The translations under genes were made by a program, and so were the position numbers. DNA of 63,165 bases, the filler included, from Octopus bimaculoides (lineage: Eukaryota): assembly GCF_001194135.2 (NCBI RefSeq). It is 5 parts of 5 records of this genome, joined end to end, with 100 filler letters (N's around TTAATTAATTAA, not from the genome) between each part and the next. Parts side by side here need not be neighbours in the genome. Positions count along the whole stretch, not along the records: positions 1 to 27,420 come from NC_068983.1; positions 27,521 to 37,760 come from NC_068987.1; 3 more parts are not named here. One strand, given 5' to 3'. Within the stretch, counting starts at the first letter, position 1, and each line of letters opens with the position of its first letter. The notes beneath the pieces were generated by a model. That model searched no databases. It saw only the letters and a list, made by a program, of their open reading frames with translations, and was not told the DNA's origin. Positions 23,115 through 34,147 of the stretch are shown here, piece by piece.

Positions 23115-23440
23115 CTAGGTTTTATCTTCTATTATGTGTGTAGCTTCCCTAATTTGTCTAAGCATTGTACCTGTTCTATGTGTGGACAAAATTGTAACTT
23201 CTATGCTGTTGAGTGAGCCTCCATGTTCCTGCTCGGCGTGCTGGTACAGAACCGATGAGCTCTTCTCTTCGTTAAGTTCCATCCAATGCTCATTTACCTG
23301 CTTTCCTATGCTCCGTGCTGTTTCTCCTATGTATGTCGTTGTCTTGTTACTGCACCATCCCTCTGTACATCTTACACTATAGACTACATTCCTAGCTTTA
23401 CAGTTTGTTTTTACACTGGCCCCTTGAAAAACCACCTTGA
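23115..23440 (-). mobile_element. Penelope-like GIY-YIG fragment
   Basis: CKARNVVYSVRC..TYIGETARSIG..NEH..SSVLYQH..LRQIREA. Confidence 0.8.
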
Positions 23441-23454
23441 AGAACCACATAGTA

Positions 23455-24639
23455 AAGTTTAACAAAAAACTATACATGTAGGTTCAAGGTGCAGCTATCG
23501 ATGTCGGTGTAGCTGGAGATGTGGCCGGCCTCTTCATGACCTGGTGAGACAGAAAACTTTAGTAATCCTTAGCAGAACAGCCCACAACTCTTCTACAGTA
23601 TATATGTAGATGACATTAATATCATAGTTAGAACCAACTCTAGTTACGGTAGTGTAGAAGCTGAGAACATAATTGAAAGCATCCAGCAAGTAGCTAACTC
23701 CAACCACCAAAATATTGAGGTAACTACAGATTACCCCTCTAAGCATCCCAACGATAGACTCCCTGTACTTGATACTGAACTTTGGTTAGAGATTGTGAAC
23801 AATAGAGTGCAGCTTCTCCACTCCTATTACATGAAACCCATAGCTTCAAAATATGTTGTTCACAAGAACTCGGCTTTGTCACACATCATGAAAATTAACA
23901 TACTGATAGCAGACTTAGTTAGGATAATCAACAACGTGTCCCCACTATGCAAACCCTATGAAACAAAGAAACATGTACAGAACTTCATGCACTGCATGCA
24001 ATTCTCTGGATATGATCAGAAAGATGGGGTTCGAGTATATAGGGGTGCTAGAATGAAATTAGATAACATTATACGTAATGATACCAGTGGTACCTGCCCT
24101 AGATATAGAAGCAAAGAACTTGTGACAAAGCAAACAGGGTGAACACGTGGTATAAAACTGACAAATATCAAGGAGTGATGTTTGTAGAGGCCACAGCCAA
24201 TGGAGAACTAGCCCATAGATTTAGAAAAGCTCTGAAGGAGACCAAACTCAACATTAAGATTGTTGAAAAGCCAGGGAACTCCATCAGATCACAACTATGT
24301 AGGACATACCCCTTTGAGAATACCATATGCACCAATGGTAACTGCATGGTATGTAGAACTAGAAATGTAGCTTACAGCATAAGATGCATAGAAGGTGCTG
24401 GTAAAGACATGAACATGACATACATAGGGGAGACATGTAGGAGCATTGTGAAACAATATGATGACAAAAAACAGTCCTCCATACTCTACCAACATGCCAA
24501 GGACCAACATGGAGGCAACCTGGGTCAACTTGACATCTGCATCTTATCCAAGCATTCAAAAGACCCAACACTCAGACAAATACGGGAGTACGTCCTCATA
24601 AATGAAACTTCCCCAAAACTAAATAGGAAATATACGTAG
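23455..24639 (+). mobile_element. Penelope-like element (RT C-terminal half plus GIY-YIG), decayed
   Basis: FNKKLY.*VQGAAI..VAGDVAGLFM, YVDD, LPVLDTELW, YYMKP, then RNVAYSIRC..TYIGETCRS..LRQIRE..LNRK. It lies head-to-head with 23115-23440. Confidence 0.85.
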
Positions 24640-25221
24640 TAGATATCATACCCCCATACCCACAGTTTATATTTATATACAGGTAGGCTGTTATGTAGAT
24701 AGATGTATGTGTGTGTGTGGGTGTATGTATATATATATGTATATGCACATGTATGTAAGCATATGATATGAAAGTAAACAGATCAACATACAGATGGATA
24801 GGTACATAGGCTATATGAACAGACAAGCACACATACGCAAATGAAAACTGAAACACATGGCCATATATACACACACACACAAAGACAGAGGTACACACCC
24901 ATATACAAACACACACAAAAACACATAAATGTGGACACACAAACACATGAATATGCAGAATACACGCATACAAATATACATACATTCATATATACATATG
25001 CGCTGACCCAAACACATGTGCTGACCCAAACACATGCGCACTAACAAACAAAATAGAATGCAGTGTGAATAATGGATAGAGTCAAAAACTATTGAAAAGT
25101 TTGCAAGATGCAATGAAAATGTAGAAATTTTACCAGTGAATGTGTTAAATTATAAGGCAGTAAAAGAGAAAGACTCTCCCCAGACACAACAGAACACACA
25201 CACACATATATATATACATAC

Positions 25222-25515
25222 AAAGTGCAGACAACTGGCAGGGTGGATACTGAGGACATTCCGAACAAGAGATCAAAAAGTCATGTTGACTCTATGGAAG
25301 ACATTTGTTCTGAGACGCCTAGACTATTGCTCTCAGTTGCGGTCACCACACAGTGTCAAGCGAACAGCAGAACTCGAGGCAATTCAGCGTCACTATACAA
25401 AAAAGATCGCCACAGTCCAGCAGATGAACTACAGAGAGCGACTGAAGGCACTAGGTCTCTACTCCCTGGAGTGCAGGCGAGAGAGATATGTAATAATATA
25501 CATATGGAAAATACT
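25222..25515 (+). mobile_element. CR1/L2-group LINE RT C-terminal fragment
   Basis: GWILRTFRTRD..LWKTFV..RLDYCSQL..ELEAIQR.YTK..YRERLKALGLYSLE.RRER; runs into a gap. Confidence 0.8.
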
Positions 25516-26299
25516 NNNNNNNNNNNNNNNNNNNNNNNNNNNNNNNNNNNNNNNNNNNNNNNNNNNNNNNNNNNNNNNNNNNNNNNNNNNNNNNNNNNNN
25601 NNNNNNNNNNNNNNNNNNNNNNNNNNNNNNNNNNNNNNNNNNNNNNNNNNNNNNNNNNNNNNNNNNNNNNNNNNNNNNNNNNNNNNNNNNNNNNNNNNNN
25701 NNNNNNNNNNNNNNNNNNNNNNNNNNNNNNNNNNNNNNNNNNNNNNNNNNNNNNNNNNNNNNNNNNNNNNNNNNNNNNNNNNNNNNNNNNNNNNNNNNNN
25801 NNNNNNNNNNNNNNNNNNNNNNNNNNNNNNNNNNNNNNNNNNNNNNNNNNNNNNNNNNNNNNNNNNNNNNNNNNNNNNNNNNNNNNNNNNNNNNNNNNNN
25901 NNNNNNNNNNNNNNNNNNNNNNNNNNNNNNNNNNNNNNNNNNNNNNNNNNNNNNNNNNNNNNNNNNNNNNNNNNNNNNNNNNNNNNNNNNNNNNNNNNNN
26001 NNNNNNNNNNNNNNNNNNNNNNNNNNNNNNNNNNNNNNNNNNNNNNNNNNNNNNNNNNNNNNNNNNNNNNNNNNNNNNNNNNNNNNNNNNNNNNNNNNNN
26101 NNNNNNNNNNNNNNNNNNNNNNNNNNNNNNNNNNNNNNNNNNNNNNNNNNNNNNNNNNNNNNNNNNNNNNNNNNNNNNNNNNNNNNNNNNNNNNNNNNNN
26201 NNNNNNNNNNNNNNNNNNNNNNNNNNNNNNNNNNNNNNNNNNNNNNNNNNNNNNNNNNNNNNNNNNNNNNNNNNNNNNNNNNNNNNNNNNNNNNNTATA

Positions 26300-27382
26300 T
26301 ATCTTAATATATAAAGCTGAAGTTGTGTGTCTGTGTGAAGCCTTTTTAAAAGTGTATAGAAATCCACATTTTCCACTTTTTCGTAAAAAATTTTACATCA
26401 ATGGAATTTTCTCGATGTGAACTTTCCAGTGCAGTAATTACATTTTTTAAATTCCGTTTACTTTGTATGATTTAAGGGAGATTTGGCTGTTGTTTCTAGC
26501 AACTTTTATATTTCTTTCCTTCTACCTGGAACGCTGTTCTTACACACACGCTCAACATATAATACATATATATATAGGGAGACAAAGTGATACATACAAA
26601 GTCAGTATTCTTTACCTATTTTTCATAACATTGTTACGTAAAAACACACACAACCACACATACGTGATCTGTGACAACAACATACACATTGCTCTCGTTC
26701 TCCATTCCCCCTCTTCCTCTCTCGCTCTCTCAAAACGCATACACGTGCAAGTAAACACAATCATTCACAAAAATATAACTCATGTTCGTCAATGTGGCAT
26801 AACTACAGAGTTGTACCACCCGACTTTGGAAGCTCATAACTTTCAGAAAAATGAATATTTTCTTTATGAAATTTTCTATGCATATATTATTTATTATGTA
26901 GATTCCGAATATACAAAAATTTTCGGTGAAAGTGTTTTGGGAGCGGGTGGGGCTCAATTTTCGGAAATTCCATTTAAATTCCTCTTAACTTCCAGGAAAA
27001 TGAATATTTTTTTGTGAAATTTTCTACAAATATACCTTGATGTATGTACATTTCAAGGATGTAGGAATTTTGAAGCAAACAACTGTAGGTTATTTTTGAG
27101 AAGTGTTCCCCACTCGGTGGTGTTTCGGAGCAAGTCGTCCCTATTTGTTTCATTTTTCTCTATTATGAGCGTATGTGCATCCGTAGATTTCTAATGAAGT
27201 AACAGGCAGTGAAGAGAAGCTGTCATAAGAAAACTTTTAACTACCTCTATTCCTTTCTCTCCCTCTCTCTACCTCTTCCTCTCTCGCTCTCTCAAACGCA
27301 TACACGTGCAAGCACACAATCATTCAGTAAAATATAACTCATGTTCATCAATGTTTTGTAAATATACTACAATTTTCACTAG
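26300..27382 (+). mobile_element. Possible non-autonomous Helitron-like element with internal direct repeats
   Basis: The start TCTTAATATATAAAGCTGAAGTTGTGTGTCTGTG resembles invertebrate Helitron 5' ends, and it ends at CTAG (27379-27382). An ~85-bp direct repeat lies at ~26710-26795 and ~27273-27355. No 3' hairpin seen. Confidence 0.3.
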
Positions 27383-27420
27383 GGTGTTAGGGTTAGGGTT
27401 TTAGGGTCAGGGTTAGGGTT
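27380..27420 (+). repeat. Degenerate (TTAGGG)n telomere-type repeat at a scaffold end
   Basis: TAGGGTGTTAGGGTTAGGGTTTTAGGGTCAGGGTTAGGGTT immediately before the join. Confidence 0.8.
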
Positions 27421-27520
27421 NNNNNNNNNNNNNNNNNNNNNNNNNNNNNNNNNNNNNNNNNNNNTTAATTAATTAANNNNNNNNNNNNNNNNNNNNNNNN
27501 NNNNNNNNNNNNNNNNNNNN
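27421..27520. other. Artificial scaffold join N44-TTAATTAATTAA-N44
   Basis: The 12-mer has stop codons in all six frames, and the identical 100-bp structure occurs four times in the window. Confidence 0.95.
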
Positions 27521-27599
27521 GGAAGTGACAGTCCGTGTTTTGTAACTATTAGAAGTGGTAAAACAATATTCACATACTTACACAGATACACAAACGGAG

Positions 27600-27637
<38 letters not shown>

Positions 27638-27877
27638 ACACACGCACACACACACACACATCCACACTCACACACACACAGACGCATTCAGTATCAAGAA
27701 AACAATTATAGATTAAAGTGACAAAGCATATTTTTATAAAATACATAAAACTTCCCAATCATTGAAATATTATGGAATTAACTGTTACAGATACATCTGA
27801 GGACATAGAAAACCTGCGGAATATATGCTTCAGAACAGGAACTATATTCAACTAGTGATACTGTCCCAAAATATTGA

Positions 27878-28085
27878 TTTCAAATTATGATACAAGGCCA
27901 GCAGTTTCGGAGGAGGGGTCAAGTTGATTGCATAAAACCCGGTGGTCAACTGTTATTTACTTTATAGATCCCGAAACGATGAAAAGCAGAGTTGACTTCG
28001 CCGGAATCTGAACTCAGGACGTAAAGACGGACGAAATGCCGCTAAGCATTTGTTCTTCTGCTAACGATCTTGTCAGCTCACTACC
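27878..28085 (-). mobile_element. SINE family A
   Basis: Reverse-complement core CTGAGTTCAGATTCCGGCGAAGTCAACTCTGCTTTTCATC. Confidence 0.75.
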
Positions 28086-28259
28086 AAAATATTGACGTAA
28101 GATTATATATATATTCTCAAATGGTTTTATTTCAAAATTTGAAAACAATATTTATATTATACGTTATATTTTTTGTACAAATGCCATAGTAGGTGATTTG
28201 ACTCTGGTTCGTTTTTATTCCTGAAAGCGAGTTAGTACTTGTAAACTTATGTAACCACA

Positions 28260-28655
28260 ATTTTTCAATAGTCTATCACGTGCTTAAGGCCTTCCCGAGA
28301 ATCGATCCTTTCACTAAGAAGCAAACATTTTATTGAAGCTCTACAGGACATTCTACTCGAAAATCCTCCAACCATTTGTCTATATCTTTGCTTAAATTTC
28401 TCAATGCACCAATTATTATAGGCACAACCTTTTCAGTTTCTTACTCCAAATTCTTGCAATTTCAAGATTTAAGGGATTGTATTTCTTTTCATCCTCTTTC
28501 CTAACAATGCTGGAATCAAATGGATATGATGGATCAATTTGTAAGCAAACTCGCTTTTCCTTCTCTGTCATTTTTATACCTGATCTATTATTTCCTAACT
28601 TCTTATATGTTTGAATAGGAAAATCCCATAACATTTTGCATTTCTCCGACTACTG
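28260..28655 (-). mobile_element. R4/Dong-like RLE C-terminal fragment
   Basis: LWDFPIQT..NNRSGI..CLQID..EKKYNPLNLEIARIW, then PIIIGAL; the 5' end abuts (TTA)n at 28657-28695. Confidence 0.7.
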
Positions 28656-28661
28656 CATTCC

Positions 28662-28694
<33 letters not shown>

Positions 28695-28864
28695 CATCAT
28701 CATCATCATAATCATCATCATCATTGTGTGAGAGCACAGTGCATGCTATCAAAGTGTCACTGGAATAAAATATACGAGGTTCGATATATCCATCTTGACT
28801 ACCCATCTAATAAGGGTACACCATGCAGGTGGGGTTCAATTGTTTTTATTACTACTAATAGCTT

Positions 28865-29051
28865 CACACTTTGGCAGAAGGCCTACAATTTCTGAGTGGG
28901 AGGAGGTGAGTCAATTACATCGACTCTAGTGTTCAAAATGTACTAATTCTATCGACTTCAAATGGACATATCACTAAGTCGACCCCGGCGGAATTTGAAC
29001 TCAGAACATAAAGAGCGACGAAATGCAGCTAAGCATTTTGCCCGGCATGCT
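28865..29051 (-). mobile_element. SINE family A
   Basis: GCATGCCGGGCAAAATGCTTAGC...GAGTTCAAATTCCGCCGGGGTCGAC on the minus strand. Confidence 0.75.
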
Positions 29052-29479
29052 CATAGGAACTGTTATTTGCTTACGAAAAATATTGTCTATATAATTTCCA
29101 AAAGATTTTAATCTGTAAACGTTATCAAAAGTACATTTAAATGTAGAAAATAGCAAGCACTTTTTGCGGTCAACTTCAGATTACACGATAATCTTATAAT
29201 CAAATTACTTTTAAAACAAACTTCCACTTTTCTTAAGTTTTGTCAGACATTCTCTAGAATAACACTCTGTGCAAAATCAAAAATACGGCACCCCTGTCAG
29301 AATACCAACTTGAAACTTGTCCTTTGATGCCTCTGGATGAAGCTTAGAGTGAACGTGTACAAATACGAAGCAAAAGCCAAACAAACAAACACACAAACAA
29401 CAGCAAAAACAACAACAACAACAACTTCTTTAAGCAATTGGAAATCCCATGCAAGATTAATGTCTTGCAAAAAGTAGCC

Positions 29480-30165
29480 TTATTGGGCTGTTATATAAAT
29501 ATAACAGATTACCATTTGGTCTAAAAGTAGCAACAGCAATTTTTCAACAGGTCATGGATGCAATGCTAGTGGACTGAATTCATAATTCCATACCTGGATA
29601 ACATATTAATTAAAAGTGAATCTCGTCGTGTTTTTGAAAAAATAAGAGATTACGGTTTCACACTGAGTGAGAAAAACCTGAATTTTCCTTACCAAAAATT
29701 AAGCGTTTAGGGTAAAATATTAACAGGAATGGACGATGACTGGATCCGTTGAGGACAGACGTAATTAAACAAATGCCATGTGCTTCCTACCACTAATATA
29801 ACGATCTTTCAAGATTTTCTAGGCATAACGAATTATCATAAAAATTATATAACACATATACATGAATTGAGAGCTCCTCTAAATAATTTATTTAAAAAGG
29901 ATGTGAAGTGGAATTGGTCAAATAATTCTCAAAAGGCGTTTAACGATATTAAAAAAAAAATATCAATATCGGTTTTGTCGCTGCCTCGTTTCGATACTGC
30001 AGCGGACATTGTTGTAGCTTCTGACGCTTCTGAATACAGAATATGAGCAGTAATGCTACACAAATATAAATATAAAGATCGCGGCAGAGAAAAAGTAGAG
30101 TGAAATAGTGTACGAAGGTCTAGCGATCACTTTTGCAAAAAAGGAATTTCACAAATTCGACGAAT
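29480..30165 (+). mobile_element. Ty3/Gypsy pol relic (RT to RNase H)
   Basis: YNRLPFGLKVA.AIFQQVMDAML, YLDNILI, FLGITNY, LRAPLNNL.KKDVKWNW, IVVASDASEY; many lesions. Confidence 0.8.
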
Positions 30166-33100
30166 TGCCACCGGTCGTGGGATTTGAGGATTTAAAACTC
30201 TTAATGAACTGTTAAAACGAGTAAAGTAATTTTATAAAAAACAAAGAGAAAAAATAGACTTTCTAATGGAAAAGTAAGAAAAAAAAATGATGCTAAAAAA
30301 TAAAACAAAAGACAGTGTAAGAAAGATTTGTTAATTTGTATAATTTAACTGTTAAATGGTACTGCTTGAGAGCAAGGTTCAATTCAGCCATTCCACAATC
30401 ATTTATTTTTATATGTCACTCATTTTTCATTCGTTTCATGTTTTGTCCTTACTATGGCGATGGTGTTCTGTCTGTCCTTGTGCAGGCCCCTCTGTGTATG
30501 AGCCTGAGTACTTAAATAAAAAGATAGAGAGATGAGAAATCGCAGGAAGTCGATAGGTATCGTTCGTGAGTTCGTGGAGTTGCAGGAAATTGTTGAGAAG
30601 TTGTTATAATTCGTTGAGATTTGTTTTGGATTGGTTACAATTGCTGACAGAGTATTTGGGGAATACATCAATTGGTGACAGTCGGTGTCTATCCTCCATG
30701 GTATTATCTATCACACTGTATTTATTTGTGCTCGACACTAAGGGGACGTATACAGAAACCACATTATCAAAATAACACTCACAGATTCATTATGACCATG
30801 ACTGGGAAAAATTAATTCGTGATACGATCTTTTCGTGTTTAAAGAAGATTAATAATCAAAATGTTTTCACTACAGAAGAATATTCGAGTGTTACTCCTCT
30901 GCCAGAGGGATTATATTCATTTTATCTCGGATAATACATGTCTCGTAATTGTAACACTTTTGTAAGTCCGGCATTTTGTATTGCCCTATTTTTGAATAAG
31001 TATTTTTGAATTGATGAAGTTATGGATGTTATTAGCCGAAAATCACTTAAACATAAAATCGGAGTTTCGTTAGCAACGTTGCTGTGTATAATGTGGAATG
31101 GTGCTGCCGAACGCAATGATACAAGATTAATTTACATTTTAAAAGTGATATCAACTTTATTTTCGCAACTTTGAATTGATTAACTTAAAATCAGAAATAG
31201 TATTATTTATTAGAGTAAGTCACGTTAACAATTTCGACATACTATCCTCAATGTTTGAAAGTACCATGAAAAATTGTGACACCATGTGTGTTTTACTAAA
31301 TGTTAGGAAAATAATTTGAAGGCGCCATTGTGAGAAAAGCTGGAAACAGTTCATATACTTGACATTTGTTTTAGTATTATTTGTGAGAAGTCATTTTCCT
31401 TTACGTAGCAATCTAAATGCACCAGAGAATAATTGTTTGTTCGCATGCTCTTTGAATATGAACATTGGTCGCTCAAACCACTGATTCTTTTCATTTTCCA
31501 ACGTAACTGCTATTTTAAAGGGGGGTAGAGTATTTCTATCCATATTCATAATGATTAAGAATATGTATTCACCCCAAAACGACTTTTCTTTGAATATTCG
31601 CTTTAGTCTATATATTCTATAGCTTTAAAAATACATATTAATCAGTGTACTAAGGACTTTATTTAATATATGCTTTAGGCATAAAGTCGCAATTTCTGAA
31701 TTTGCAGGCGGATGCTCTCTCCACCTAGCCGTAGGATGATTATCGTAACTAAAGTTAATGTGAATCCAACAATGCTTTGAGATCAGAACGTGGACGAAAG
31801 TTCGACAACGTTTGTTACTCTAGAAGGTGGTCTGCAAATTAAATTATATAACATTTCAAGAAACATCAAGTCTGATACAGTTTTAAATAAAACGCTGGAA
31901 TGTGAAAATAGATTTTAATGTAATTTATTGCAGACGTAACATATAAAAGAAGTGTAAAATAAGAGGAAGAGAAAAAAATATTAATGATGTGATTTATTGA
32001 AAATCCTTTTATCGTACGTTGTTAGCCGGAAGCATATATGATGGGTGTGACCCAAATGATGACCTTCGTGTAAAAAACACAAACATTTTGAAAGACAAAT
32101 ATCTTCCCTCCGACAGACACACATAAACCATATAATCTCGATTAGCGTTTCGACTATTCTTGTTTAGTTCGTCATTTCCATTTAGGTGCAGATGCTTGAG
32201 AGAGCAGAGAACTCGACAAGAAACTTTAATTAAATTTATTTTAAGACACCATTGTATTTCGTATTTGAATTACAAATCCAAAAGCATTCTTTTACAATCA
32301 CCATTCGGAAACAAATAAAACCATTACTATTAATACACTTAAATATGCTTCAATAGAGTATATAATTCACAAACATCTGCTTGTTGAGTGCCTCTTCAGA
32401 AACAGTATACAGATTTTCTAACGGGGAAAATATAAATGAATAAGATAGACACGAAATATGTTCGATAGTCTTTATTTCTGCAAGTTTACCATTTTGACTT
32501 GAATTCTAAACAAGGCTAGCGTTGTCAGTTTTATCTTTCCAAATGAGATCAAAATCCGTTGAAAGAAAGCTCAGGGGCGATACCTTTAAACAATTTCATG
32601 AATTTTTACTCAAAAAGAATCACGTTCAAGTTTTATGTTGTTTTAAAATGATATTGTTTTTACACAACGAACTAGTTATGATATAACCGATTTGGAGGAA
32701 GGTTTTGGTAATACAACAAACATTACCAGCGTAATTTACTAATAAGTTATTTTAACATGTATCTGCAACAAGAATTATCATGAATACTTATTCACTATAA
32801 TTATATTTTATAAATTACACTTTATAAATTATATATCAATGATAAAAATTATTTTATTTTATACAACGTACCGCCTACCGTTATTGAAAATAATAGATTG
32901 TCTGCTTACAGTAATGGTAATACAATTATACTATTCAACATACTTAATGAAAGAACAGAGATTTGCAATTTTCCTCTCAATCGTATACAAATGAATTTAG
33001 GTTCATATCAACGACTATGTTCCAGAATATTTATTTACTTGTGCTTAATATCCTATAGCCTGAAAAATGAAATATTGTTTACAGGTTCCTAACTATCTCA

Positions 33101-33257
33101 ACTCTTGTGGTGTATATTTACGATGGGAAGGGTGTCATAATGTTGCAATGATCATTCGGGCAACAAATATTACAAATATGTTGTCATTGAAAACATCAAA
33201 TTTATCGTTATATCTTTACGTTTTCTCTGACATACATGGGAGAATGTTATACAATTG

Positions 33258-33295
<38 letters not shown>

Positions 33296-33306
33296 ATACA
33301 CACACA

Positions 33307-33339
<33 letters not shown>

Positions 33340-33654
33340 NNNNNNNNNNNNNNNNNNNNNNNNNNNNNNNNNNNNNNNNNNNNNNNNNNNNNNNNNNNNN
33401 NNNNNNNNNNNNNNNNNNNNNNNNNNNNNNNNNNNNNNNNNNNNNNNNNNNNNNNNNNNNNNNNNNNNNNNNNNNNNNNNNNNNNNNNNNNNNNNNNNNT
33501 TTTAGGATACTTATCTTACAACACCGCCCAAAGAGAAAGTTTAAAACGAAGTAATTTAAAATGCCACTTACTGCAAATTTGACATAATATATACATATAA
33601 CACTATTCTTGAAGATATGCAAATATATAGATGAGTTAATGCATTTGTCTCAGT

Positions 33655-34147
33655 AAGGCGGCGAACTGGCATGACGGGCTAACTGGCATGACGGGCTAAC
33701 TAGCATGACGGGCTAACTGGCATGTCGGGCTAACTGGCATGACGGGCGAAATGCATAGCGGTATTTCATGTCTCCATGTTCTGAGCTCAAATTCCGCCGA
33801 GGTCGACTTTGCTTTCATCCATTCGAGTGTCGATAAATTAAGTACAAGTTTCATACTGGAATCGATCTAATCGACTGGCCCTCTCCCCAAGAATTTCCAG
33901 GCCTTGTGCCTCTAGTAGAAAAGAGTATATTTACCTCAGTAAGGCGGCGAGCTTGCAGAAACATTAGCACGCCGGGTGAAATACTTAGCGTTATTTCGTC
34001 TGTCTTTACGTTCTGAGTTCAAATTCCGCCGTAGTCGACTTTACCTTTCATCCTTTCGATAAATTAAGTACCAGTTGCGTACTGGGGTCGAACTAATCGA
34101 CTGTCCCCTCCCCAAAAATTTCGGGCCTTGTGCCTAGAGTAGAAAAG
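33655..34147 (+). mobile_element. Two tandem SINE family A copies (33655-33925, 33941-34147)
   Basis: AAGGCGGCGA(A/G)CT...GGGCGAAATGC.TAGCG.TATTTC...GTTCTGAG(C/T)TCAAATTCCGCCG...GTCGACTTT. Confidence 0.85.
33664..33748 (+). repeat. Five 17-bp tandem units (AACTGGCATGACGGGCT) in a SINE head
   Basis: Direct reading. Confidence 0.9.

Noticed and set aside
27465-27476. Recurrent TTAATTAATTAA palindrome
   Set aside because: Synthetic six-frame stop linker, always centred in 88 Ns.
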